NCBI GenBank assembly: GCA_951406725.2
Contig: OX597820.1
Span: 84,196,001 to 84,260,000 of the forward strand
Direction of reading: 5' to 3'
From: Octopus vulgaris
Taxonomy: Eukaryota
Length of the DNA: 64,000 bases
Below the pieces are notes generated by a model, which saw only the letters and a list, made by a program, of their open reading frames with translations, was not told the DNA's origin and searched no databases. The stretch's first letter is position 1; the number at the start of each line of letters is the position of its first letter. Positions 15,628 through 27,755 of the stretch are shown here, piece after piece. Made by a program: the position numbers and the translations under genes.

Positions 15628-18600
15628 TCATTCGGCACTACTGTAGCTGCTGATGAAAGTGGTGATAAATCCCAGTCATTTTGGAAAGTGTATTTCATCA
15701 TTTGGACATTGTAAATCTTACAGAGGAGGAGGAGAAAGTATTCGGGAACAAATAATCAGCTGTAAGTGTTCCACTTCCATTACATTTAATCATTTTTTAC
15801 GTTTTATTCATTTCTATTTATTATGTATTTTTCCCTTTATTTTTCATATTCTTTTTCGTTTTCTACTCTTATTTTTTTTTTGTACTTTTCCTTTGTCTCT
15901 TCATTTCTTTCGTTCTGTGTTTTTTTTCTTTTCGTCTTACTTTATTTTTCTATTTTTTTCTTCACACTCATCTTTTCTTTCTTTTTTTTTTATTACACAT
16001 ACATGTTGCTACCTGTTTATTTTTTCTTTCTGTCTTTCTGAGTTTGTGTCCAGGGGCTATATCAGCTTCTTTGAAAACATCGTTGTCTTCACTTTATCCT
16101 TTGCTCTTTGAGACGATATCAAATGTATCAGGATAAATGCTTTGGAGTAATTATGTTAGTCTTTTTAAGTTCACATCATAAGTTTGCGGCAAAACATCTC
16201 TCTTGTTCTTTTCCTTGACTAAAACAATCGTTATTTTCTTTATAAGTGGTTGAAGATTTTTTAAATTTTCTTTCGGACTATTCATTGTTTTCATCATCAT
16301 CGTCGTCGTTGCCGTCGTCTTCATCATTATCAGCAGCAGTGTCTTCCAGATACACTGCCATCAAATATGCTGACAAGTACTCTCTATATCCCATGCTGTC
16401 ACTATCGTCCTTAGTTCGCGCTGTATCCTGTCAACACTTTATTGTATAATCATGCCCATCACTCGACACCTGTGTAGTTAAAGCTGCAGTTTTTTTACTT
16501 GTTGGTTAACCCAATTCAGTCGTGATCAATCGGAACTAGGATCGAAAGAAATATGTTCAGACATTCATACATTAACTATCCTGTTTTTTTTCTGAAACAG
16601 TTGGCCAGGCATCTACAATCAAATATATACTACATATTTTTTGGTTTGGGTTAGATTTTTCTGTCATCCATAGAAAGCCAAAGTCTCTTTGTTTTTATTG
16701 TTGTTGTTCAGCCTAAGGTTGAGTTTGCTTCGTCTATGGTATGATAAAAATGTAAATGACTTTTAGCTTTGGTACCCTTGTATACAATGTCTCAGTGTAC
16801 GATTAGGTAAATTTACCTGTCGTATCTGGCAGATTGCTCCAACACGCATAGAATTATTTTTCCTATTCTGTGTTTGGACTGCATAAACAAAGCCTTGTCT
16901 TTGCATTAAGTGATTTTGTCAATGTTTTTGTTGGAATATTTCTTGAAAAATGCATGACTCTTGATAAAAGTAAATCTATTGGTGAAGTTTAATTTTTTAT
17001 GTGTTGATCTGTTCCAAACGCAGTTATGTTAACATTGCAATATATGCCATTATATGGTCTTAATTTATTAATTTGGATGCATTGTGAGGAAAACAAAGAC
17101 CGTTTATGTATCTCTCCTCTTATTACTGGTTCGATTGCTTTAAACATAACTGATTTGTTGACGACATAAATTAAGCTTGGTACGCGTTTCCATGTTATTG
17201 TCTCCAATAAAGGGGAAAATGATAGATCCATGCCTTTTGTTATTTTTAACGACTAACAAGCTCACTTGCTATGCTGCCCTAGGGAAACATGTATAGAATT
17301 GATTTACTGCTAGTGAGAGGTCTCATAAATATAACTAGTGACAATTAAAGTACTTCATAAATCCTTTCAAATGCATCATATTGAACTTTGTTTAAATTCT
17401 ACCCTTAGTTCTTCCAAAAACACGCAAACTTAAATCATAAGGTACATAACCATGAAACTAATCTCAGTCCCCTAAAGTTATTACCTTGTGCCAAGATTTG
17501 AATCCATTATCACTGCTATTATTTTAATACATTTATTTTAAGATTACCATGTCTGGAAAGTCGCATAGATGGCAAAGTGCTGAGTAGCACTTGCTCTCCG
17601 TTCCTTTCTCTTGATTAATGACCGCGTTTAAATCATGCCAGACTGCTTCGACACTACATTTTATCCTCTTGTTTGCTTGCAAAAAATATTTGCCATGACC
17701 AGTTCAATAGACTAAAGCTACTTCAAAACATAATTTGTGTATGTTGTTACAAATTAGATCATACAAAAAAAAATTACTGTGAGTCAAAGGGTCCCTAGGT
17801 GATCGGGGTTCAACAAAACCTAAGCAGCATATTGGGCAGAAATATCAAAAGCAGGAATTTTCACTTAGTATATGGTATATTAGTGATTGAGCAAGAAACC
17901 AAGTTGAGGAACAAATCAACGTGTCTCCAGAACATAAGTATTTACTAAACCGATTATTATTTATTGAACAATTATCAAGAAAGGACATTTTAGGATAAGG
18001 GTACAACATTTTTTGATTCTAGAATGGATTAAATACAATGAAATACATTAAGGAATATATGTATAATAATGCAGCCTCTCTAGTATATGACACAACATTT
18101 ATAGAATAATGATTAAAACTCGATTCCAGGATATTTGATTTCTTGCAAATCTGCCACCAACCATACTAATATTTGTGAGTCATTATTACAAGTAGGAAGG
18201 ATGATGCCATTATGGCTTACAGAAGCATTCGGGCTGTACATTCATGTTTAGGTTGAAATGCAGCACTTCAGCGACTACAAGCCTAAAGCGTTGTGGATGA
18301 GTTCAATATAAAAAGAACAATAGATTAAGGAATTCGAAGTGTTCGAGAAGATTATAGTATAATGTTACCCAAGTCTCTGTACTGTAATACACAGCAGAAA
18401 TGCAATAATTCAAATACTGTGTGCGATTAAGAATTGTATCATGGAAGCCTATCACCATATCATCCTGAAATTGTATCTAGTTGCTTAGTGACATATTTCG
18501 TGGTCAACTGTTTAATTTTTATCATCGTAGACAAGGGTGAATATTGTCAAAGGCATTGGTCCTGTTTCTAACCTAGAATCTGCTGTCTACTACCAGTCTA

Positions 18601-19392
18601 ATCTGTCTAATACACTCTTTCAAAGATTTTTACAATGCACATGTCTATTTTCTCTTTTATATTTTCAAATTGGTTCGTGCCGAAAGTGTTCAACAGTAGC
18701 CAATATTAATTTTAAAACTCTGTTCTACCTGTCTATAACGTGGAGGTGACAAACCTTAAGCAATACAGAAACGAGTTAAAATCTCTTCATAGAAATATAT
18801 TCATCGCAGTATATCGATAGTAAGATTGATATGAATGCTCTCTTATGTAAAATTTATCGAATCCAAAGAAAATTCAAACCAGTCATGGGAAAGGCAGTTA
18901 TTTGTCTTAGTGCCATGTTTTAATCTCTGCCCAGCATATGTATGACTTGGTGGTTCGGATTACTGAAATCTGAAAGTAATAAAATTACCATTGAAAAAAA
19001 TCTGTATTGGTTTCTACTACTTAGTTAAAAAAAAATTACAAAAGTGTAATGGAAGTACATGTTCTTCCGAACTGGTCTTCAACTTGCAGCAAGGTTTATA
19101 TAATTGGCAGCCATTAGCATGTTAAGCAGATTAAAATTTGAAGAAATTCTCTACTTTTGGCTGAAACTATCAAGAATTATTAGCATTTAGATGAATGCAG
19201 CAATCGAATTTATATGATTCGTAGAATCCTCAGCCAAAAGGAAAGTATTTCAACCGCTTCAACAATGTGTGAATGTGTGTCTGTGCGTCTTTTGGCAGTT
19301 GTATATTAATTTTATACTCTGCTAAAGAGGTAAAAAACCTTTTATCACTTGGCCGTAGATTTTTATAGACATCACCTAATTGCCACTGAACA

Positions 19393-19449
<57 letters not shown>

Positions 19450-19450
<1 letters not shown>

Positions 19451-19752
19451 TGAGACCCCCTTCGGTCATGACTGACCATGGGATTGCACCTAGAAAGTTA
19501 CTCTCCCTGGCACATTCCGGGCAAGGTTGTTTATGGAAGACCAGCAGTCGCCCATGCATAGCGGACTCCCCTCTCCACGCCACCAGTGTTATCCAAGGGA
19601 AAGGCAGATGCCGATACAGCTTGGCACATGTGACGTCGCAACTTATTTCTACAGCTGAGTGAACTGGAGCAACGTGAAATAAAGTGTCTTGCTCAAGAAC
19701 ACAACACGCAGCCCAGTCCCGGATTCGAACTCACAACCTCACGATCGTAAGT
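19450..19752 (-). mobile_element. tRNA-derived SINE with V/Ceph-like central domain and RTE-type tail
   Basis: Minus: GAGTTCGAATCC B-box, CTTGAGCAAGACACTTTATTTCACGTTGCTCCAGTTCACTCAGCTG, GTGCCAAGCTGTATC...CCCTTGGA...GGAGAGGGG, tail AGGTGCAATCCCATGGTC. Confidence 0.8.
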
Positions 19753-21685
19753 GAAAAAGATAGATTAACTGTGTGTATGTCTGTGGTGGAGTCTGGAAAC
19801 TTGCATCCACATATCTGCTGTCTGGAGTGTATTTCTTCCTCATAGTTTGCGGGGCCCACGTTCCGATGTCTTAATAATCCCCATCGCCACCACCGCCACC
19901 ATCAAGAATAAAAACATGAAATACAAATGTTAAGAATATCTGACTGAAAAGTACAACAGTGAAACTTTTCATTTGTATGATCTTCTGTCTGTTTCTAATT
20001 TTAGCCATACTATATACTCTAGTGATATTTCTTTGCTATTGATGTAACAATTCATTTCTTATTCGGTGTCTACACTCAGTCTCTTGTTTTATAGCATACT
20101 GCGAAATCTGAACAAATGCAACAAAACTCATGTCACACAAATATTTTCCTAAGTGTGTAAGTGCACATGGCCGCATTTTCTAACATGAGAAACAAGTGAC
20201 AGTAATATTCCCTGCCAGGATTTATTTAAAACAATTTTCAATGATCCTCGGATTTATGAAGGAGTTTCATTCAGAGAGTGAACGTCCTGGTGAGAAAGCT
20301 TAGTAAAACATGAAAATCACAAATACTTGTTTGAAAAGCCTTCAAAAATTTTAAGAATAGCTCATTACATCTAAGTCCATCCATTGTTGTATATAAATGT
20401 AGCATATATATTCTCCTGTCACGAAGTCCATCCATCCATTGTGAACGCACAACCTGAAGTGGTTCAAGTGTAGCCGACAGCTCGGCTACGATTACTATAG
20501 TATATAATTTATGTTCTCACTATCGCATGAGCATACACAAAGACATACACACACACATAAACGTTTATGTATACGCAGTAACAGACAGTTTCCTATGCAC
20601 GATAACTACAATTACAATATATAATAATAACTCTATCCATACTAGACTGGATATGTATCTCAAACACTTATAATTTATGCAGTACTTTCGATTGTACGTC
20701 GTGTAAACGTTTTCCAATTATCTTCCAGCCCTTAGTGTTCTGGTCCCAATGCTTTCCTTCCATAAAGTACAATTCAAATTGCAGATGCTGAACGTGATCG
20801 TCCCACTGTCGGCTACACAATGCTGGGAGATTCCCTGTAATTCTACAACCAGCATGTTACTGCCTAACTGCCCCGAATCCCAGAAAATTTGATAGATATG
20901 GATAAGCTGATTTTATAATAAATTTATGTAGGTAAGATTGGCTGCGGAAATACAAACGTGGGATAATTTATTTGTATCCATACTGATATTTCTTTCATTG
21001 CAAATTTGTGGTTGTTTGTGTATGTGTGTGTGTTGGCGTGTGTTTACACGCATGTGTGCCTGTAAACAAACGCAAATATTTTCATAGTTATATAAATATA
21101 TACTCTTCTGCTCTTCTCCTCTTACCGAATATTTACCATAACATTTGCCAAAACCGGATATCAAATAAAGCAGTAAGAGACAGTGTCAGACAAAATGGTT
21201 TGTTTTGCCAGACGAGAAACCAAATACTTGACATATGAAACAACGTGTAAAATGTCAGCCAAGAAGCAATTCTTTTCCATTTAGCAGGAGGGGAAAATCA
21301 TGCACGCAAACGCGCGCACGTGCAGACACATACACACAAACATACATCCACTCATCCTCTCTCTGCCTCTCTCTTTCTCTCTCCCTTGCACACATCCGCA
21401 AGCACAATACAGAAGTATACAGAAATCCGGAGTAGTGAAACAGAAAACGAAACCATGGTTTCTGAGATGTAGTGTCCTCTAGCAGAGCTATAATTGTTTT
21501 GTGGTGTTATTGGTGGTGGTATCATTGTTTTATGTATAGACAGCAATGAAACTGCCGTTCCAAAGTTAAACTGGGTGGGAAAATGATATAGAGCATAAGC
21601 TTTTCTGCCTAAAATTAAGACGTCTACACCTCTGGCACTCTCTGTCTACCTGTCTAACTATCTCTGTCACACTTTCTCTTTCTCA

Positions 21686-21725
<40 letters not shown>

Positions 21726-21860
21726 TTCGCTCTCTAGTTATCTGTATATCTGCCTATCTTTTCATCTCTCTATCTATTTAACTTTCCAACAAACTGTATA
21801 TCTCTATATTTTGTAATATCACGATGTTCAAGACATCCGAAACGTGCTGGCATATATATA

Positions 21861-22400
21861 CAAGGTTATTTAAAAAGAATGAACCGATTTCATTCCGCAA
21901 TTTTTAATAAGGAAAAAAATTGAAAACTCCACAAGTCACACGTATTTACCAACAATCAACTTTTATTTCCTGTCTTAAAAATGTTCAATGTGGCCACCTC
22001 CTGCAGTACGGGCAACATCAATGCGATAAGGAAATTCCTCCCAGACGCCTATCAGCATATCACGATCCACTGAGTTGATCGCTGTTCTTATTCGATGATT
22101 AAGGTCATCGAGATTTGTGGGTTGCGGTGGAACATAAACGCGGTCTTTTACATATTTCCACAAGAAAATTATCATACTCATCGAATAACAACAGCATTCA
22201 ACTTGGTGGATCCTGATATGCTGATACGTGTCTGGAAGGAATTACCTTATCGCATTGATGTTGCCCGTACTGCAGGTGGTGGCCACATTGAATACTTGTA
22301 AGTCAGGAAATAAAAGTTGATTGTGATTAAATACTTGTGACTTAGATTGGGTTTTCTATTGCTTTTCCTCATTAAAATATTGAGTAATGAAATCGATTAT
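21861..22400. mobile_element. Fold-back of two inverted Tc1/mariner (DD41D/Tc3-like) 3' ends
   Basis: Arms ~21885-22098 and 22178-22395 are reverse complements; both encode MLIxVWxExPYRIDVARTAGGGHIEx; loop encodes FLWKYVKDRVYVPP. Confidence 0.9.
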
Positions 22401-22415
22401 GTATAACTATATTTG

Positions 22416-22460
<45 letters not shown>

Positions 22461-22468
<8 letters not shown>

Positions 22469-22548
22469 ACATATAAGGGATGGCCATACTAGGCTCTTTC
22501 TAGTGAGTCGGATGTCCTATTATGGCCATCCCTTATTTGCTTGAATGT
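22461..22548. repeat. 88-nt hairpin (33-bp arms), mini-MITE or pre-miRNA-like
   Basis: ATATTCAAACATATAAGGGATGGCCATACTAGG vs revcomp ACATTCAAGCAAATAAGGGATGGCCATAATAGG. Confidence 0.85.
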
Positions 22549-22634
22549 ATATTACATAGTCTATTGACTATGTTTTCTTTCTCACTTGACCGCTGGTAGT
22601 GGAGAATTTTTCTAGAATATTTTGATACCCTAAA

Positions 22635-22686
<52 letters not shown>

Positions 22687-23588
22687 TTTTAATATAACGA
22701 TAACATTTTAAGATATTTTATCAGTGGCCAGCCTATCAAAAATACATTTTACATATTAAGGTAAAAATTATACATATATATGTGTATGTGTATAGACACC
22801 CGTACAGACACACTCATACACACACACAGATATGTGTCGAAAGGTGAATGTTACCTCATTAGGTAATGTGCCGGACACAAGTTAACACATTGCTCATGGG
22901 AAGACTAACGCTTTTACCATTTTTAAGAAAAGCTTTTCTCGAGCTGTTAGTCAGTTTATTATGTTTGCTCACACGTATCCATTTTCGATTTTGTTTCCGT
23001 TCGGTCTTCGACATGTATCTAGAACCTGAAACAGGAATATAGTGAAGCATGTTTGCAATAGAAACTTTAATTCGAAAACATTCAGTTGTATCATTTTACG
23101 ATCTAAACTTAATTGTTATTAATAAGCGTTTACGGAATAGAACTTTCATTTTACTGCGGAGTATCGGGAATATAAAGTTAGTGTAAATTAGTGTTTCCAA
23201 GTTTTAGGTTTAAAAATAGGACTACGTTCTTAATGAATTTATTACACTCATTAAAGTAATCATCAGCAATTCTACAATAATACTGCTGTTTACTGCAGTA
23301 AATAATTGAATTACTTAGCACTTAGTAGCAACGATATGGAATGGGCTGCTGAGGGCTAGTTGTTTGTGGGTAAGCAATGATAATATATAATAAGCTATCC
23401 ATGTAATCAATAGCCAAAACAAAAGCACAAATGAAAGAAACATTAATTATAATTCTCAATATGTTTTAATGAGATAGGAATCCACACTGGGAGAAAGCAC
23501 GAAAAGTTTATGTAGATAATTCAATTCTGGATAGTGTATTCTATCAGAAAGCCCAATGCAAGGTAAAACAATGACTATGCTTTAAATT

Positions 23589-23715
23589 CAGGGTGATTCA
23601 AATGTTGCCATACATAAAAGCAATTTATTTTTTATAAGAAACAAATTTTTTCCTTTAACTCTTTCTTATAAAATAATACATTTTTCCTATGTGTGGTGAC
23701 TTTTGAATCATCCTG
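23589..23715. mobile_element. ~127-bp Tc1/mariner-type MITE
   Basis: TIRs CAGGGTGATTCAAATGTTGCCATACATA / TATGTGTGGTGACTTTTGAATCATCCTG, plus inner TTATAAGAAA/TTTCTTATAA arms. Confidence 0.75.
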
Positions 23716-24029
23716 CAGATATGATGGTATGGCTGTATAAAACATTAATAAAATAGCGGTATTTTTCTCAGATGCAGGGTTCTATAATGTCATTCCATTT
23801 TTATGCAGTACTGAACGAAAGAAAATTTAGTAGATCTTTATTTACTCATAGATCATGACTTCTAATTAGTGTCGATGTATTATATCATTTTGTTGGAGTA
23901 GAATATTTTAATATGCTTTTTCGAATGCCTTATAAGTGATTGGAATACGGACCAGATAAGTCGTAAGCCTTAGGCTTAAAGTGAATATTATGTGAAATAA
24001 TATGTTGTTTTTTTCTGTACGATAAAATG

Positions 24030-24330
24030 AGTGTTCGATAACAAATTCTTCAAGCTCTATGAAATAAGAGCTAAGTAACGTCTTCATACCCCATAAAACT
24101 ACACCTAGATAACAGTTTTTCAAGCGTAAACGAATCAAAGTTAGATAACGGTTTCAAAAAGTCATTGAGAAACAAAGCTAGATGGATAACAGTTTCTCGA
24201 GCCCTTCGAAAACACAGTTAGATAAAAGCTTATCAAAATCTATGAGAACTCAGCGCGACGACGGTTTCTTAACATCCTAAATGACAACACTTTGAGAGCC
24301 CCATGAAACCACCTCTCTAATCTGGCTAAT
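24030..24330. repeat. Degenerate ~36-bp minisatellite (7-8 units)
   Basis: TAGATAAC-like anchors at ~24034, 24071, 24105, 24141, 24178, 24218, 24254. Confidence 0.75.
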
Positions 24331-24859
24331 CCAAGCCTCATAAAAGCATAGCTCCACATTGAATCCTTTAATTATTGTGAAACTACAGCTAGTTATCTCT
24401 TCTGCAAGAGGTGGCAGCCACATCTACTTCAAGCCTCAACCTCCTCTTCTAGAAATGGAAGGAGACATATACATGGATAAATATCTGGAAACATATATGT
24501 AGATAAAGCCGAGATAATTTGGATAACAGGACCTGCAATTGGATAAACAATAACCACATTGCTATTTCTTCTGGTTATATAGCAAAATTATATATTATTA
24601 AATATTTATGTTTGCATTAGAGAAATGAGAGAATAATAAGCGTTAATATTTTAGTTCATTGCATGAACGATATTTATGATCGGATTATTTACTAAATTAG
24701 AGCATTGACGATAAACCGGTGCCGAAAGTTTAATTGGTAGAAATTTAATTCTCTACATTATTGAACTGATTTGCGATAAGTATAAATGAAATATATAATT
24801 CCATGATCATAGTAGACGCCAGGAGGTATAAAGGAGATCAAAATACGAATAATGTTGGC

Positions 24860-25350
24860 AAAACCTGCATTCTCAAAATTTTATAACATTTTCAGAAACC
24901 GTACTCTGAGCATCAAGACCAGGATCTTAATTGTGAACTGATATGTCTACCCTGTGTTAATGTATAGGGGTATCGCATGATCTGTAAACCTCAGGAATGA
25001 GGGGGTGCTTGGAGAGCTGTGGAATGTAATTTTTAAAGAGTATATTGAGGATAGCATGGACAAATCATTTCATGATAAAGTGATGACTTAGGTTGCAGTA
25101 AGTAGGGAAGTACCTCGAGAGAAAGGGGCCCAAGCAACTGAAATTTCTTGGTCATGTGAATTTAGCGATGGACGGAAACACTGAAAGGAAAAGAAGCAAG
25201 GAAAGGAGGAGAAGGATGATATGGATGTCAAGCTTGCAAAACTGAATGGATGAAGCATTAAACATCAGGAAGTGGAACTGTTGCAGAAAAAAAAAAGAAA
25301 GAACTATGGCAATATATCATTGCCTATATCCTACATTTGGGACATCGCAT
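24860..25350 (+). mobile_element. Old RTE-clade LINE 3' fragment
   Basis: LSIKTRIL..YVYPVLMY..ILRIAWT..KQLKFLGHV..MDGNTERKRSKERRR..WM. Confidence 0.75.
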
Positions 25351-26226
25351 CTAAAAAGGACGAAGAAATTCCATGAAAGATCAATTAAAGTTCCAACAGA
25401 ATTGCGAGCAGTTAATTTTCTTATGTCCTTCCAAATTTGACTCATTTCAGTGAAACGTGGTAGCTGACGGGCAAGAGAGCGACTCCTGCAATCGTCTCGT
25501 ATTCATTACAAAGGAATAGATATTAGCACCATGAAATTACACGCCTTACTCGCGTGTACTGCTGAGAAATCCAGGTATCAGATTCCCCGAAATTAAGATC
25601 GTATTCCTAATATATGAATAATAAATACACAGTCACAGAGGCTCCAAATGTCAAATATAAATACATCTCGTATATATCATATACAGAGAGACAGAGAGAC
25701 ATGTGATAGAGATAGTGAGAGTGAAGGAGGATATATATATATATATATATATATATAATGCAAAACTGGCCCCCGCCCCATGATCCAAATATCCACTAAC
25801 ATTATTAGTGTTTCGTTTATGATAACATTTATCATTGAGCCCATCCTATCGTGCATTTGTTTGGTTCAGTTCATCTGACCCTGTCATAGTCTATTAAAGC
25901 CTTGCCTCCCTGGACATTATTGTATCAACGTTTATTTTCAGCTCTTTTCTATTCCTTTGTAAAACTGCTGAGATTTATGATATGGGAGAATAACAAAACT
26001 GCAATAATTGAATACAACATATTCACATTTACGTACGGATATAGAAAAATAGATGCATAGAATGACTTAAAGAAAAGTCAGCTATGCTTCTACAAGCATA
26101 CATAGAAACAACAATATTAATAGCTGCAGCAACAACTAATATAACAACAAATATAGCTACTAAGAATATACCAGAAAGATCAACAAATACTACAAATGCA
26201 AAACACACAAATGCTCAATTTGACTT

Positions 26227-26301
<75 letters not shown>

Positions 26302-27098
26302 AAGAGTGAGAGAGTAAAATCAATAAATCCGGTACCGCAAACAATTATGAGATCAGTTGGCCAACTGACAAAGAAAATTCGGTCTAATATTTCTAGGAGT
26401 ATAGTAAAGATGGGTGAAATCAAATTTGAAATCCTGCTCTTGATGAATACATACATATATACATACATACATATACAAACACACGCTCACACACACACAC
26501 ATATATATATATATACATGCATACATTTATACACGCAGACACATATATGTTTGTCCACTCATGTGTGCTTGTTTATGGATATATGTATGTGCTTATGGTA
26601 TCTAGGTATGAATATATGTATGTGTGTATGTATGTATGTATATGTGGATGGATGGACGGTTGGACGGATGGATGGATGTACGTATGCGTGTTTGTATCTG
26701 AATAACGATTATTAAACTGACCACACGATGACAATATAAAATCTGATTACTGCAATGTTTACAAGACGGGACGTCAAACTTCGTAGCGGGTAATCACTAT
26801 ATCAAAAGATCTGGTTTGCTCATAGTCGTTATCGACTAAAATATTTTTTAGAAAGTCTACAGAATTTGTTGTACAATAATTAAACATTAAATGATGCTTA
26901 GTATATACGAGTACGATTATATACATACTCGAAAACACCACCAGTATCGCCCGGGTATATGCGCGCACACGTAAATGCATTAAACACAAAGTTCATATGA
27001 TTCTTTCTATATATCTAGACACGAAGACACGATTTAAAATCTAACGCGTTCACAAAAACATGCTTGCTTTAGAAATATACACACTCACACACATCACA

Positions 27099-27162
<64 letters not shown>

Positions 27163-27542
27163 TGTATGTGCATGTGTATGCATGTATGTATACACACACG
27201 CACATACTGTCAGTGTATGCCCATTTGATTTTATCTCTATTAAATACTGGTACAAATAAATCTACATACCAAATGGTAGTCAAAATGTCGGTAATTTCTC
27301 TCCTTCGAAACCAAATACACCATCTACTCTTTCGATAATGGCGTCAAATAGATTCAACGTTTGGGTGTGTTTACGTATGTGCATCTATATGCGTAAACGC
27401 GTGAGCACAGGCACATACTCACGCTTATATCTTTATATATACACATATATTGCATCTTCTTAATGAATCATTCATACAAGCCCACCAGTACAAATAGCAA
27501 AAAAATATACATAATATTATATAACACACACACACACACACA

Positions 27543-27596
<54 letters not shown>

Positions 27597-27671
27597 GCAC
27601 CACGTATATCAGAAATTATCACACACCTATCCAATAATTCACACACACACATGCATCTGTCTGTATGTCTG

Positions 27672-27755
<84 letters not shown>

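Noticed and set aside
16780-18760. Coding-looking unique DNA with faint Penelope-RT-like words (EIHK, KLRP, TLYTRVP)
   Set aside because: Too degenerate to assign without a profile search
24030-24330. ~36-bp periodicity suggestive of CRISPR
   Set aside because: No unique spacers or cas genes; eukaryotic minisatellite
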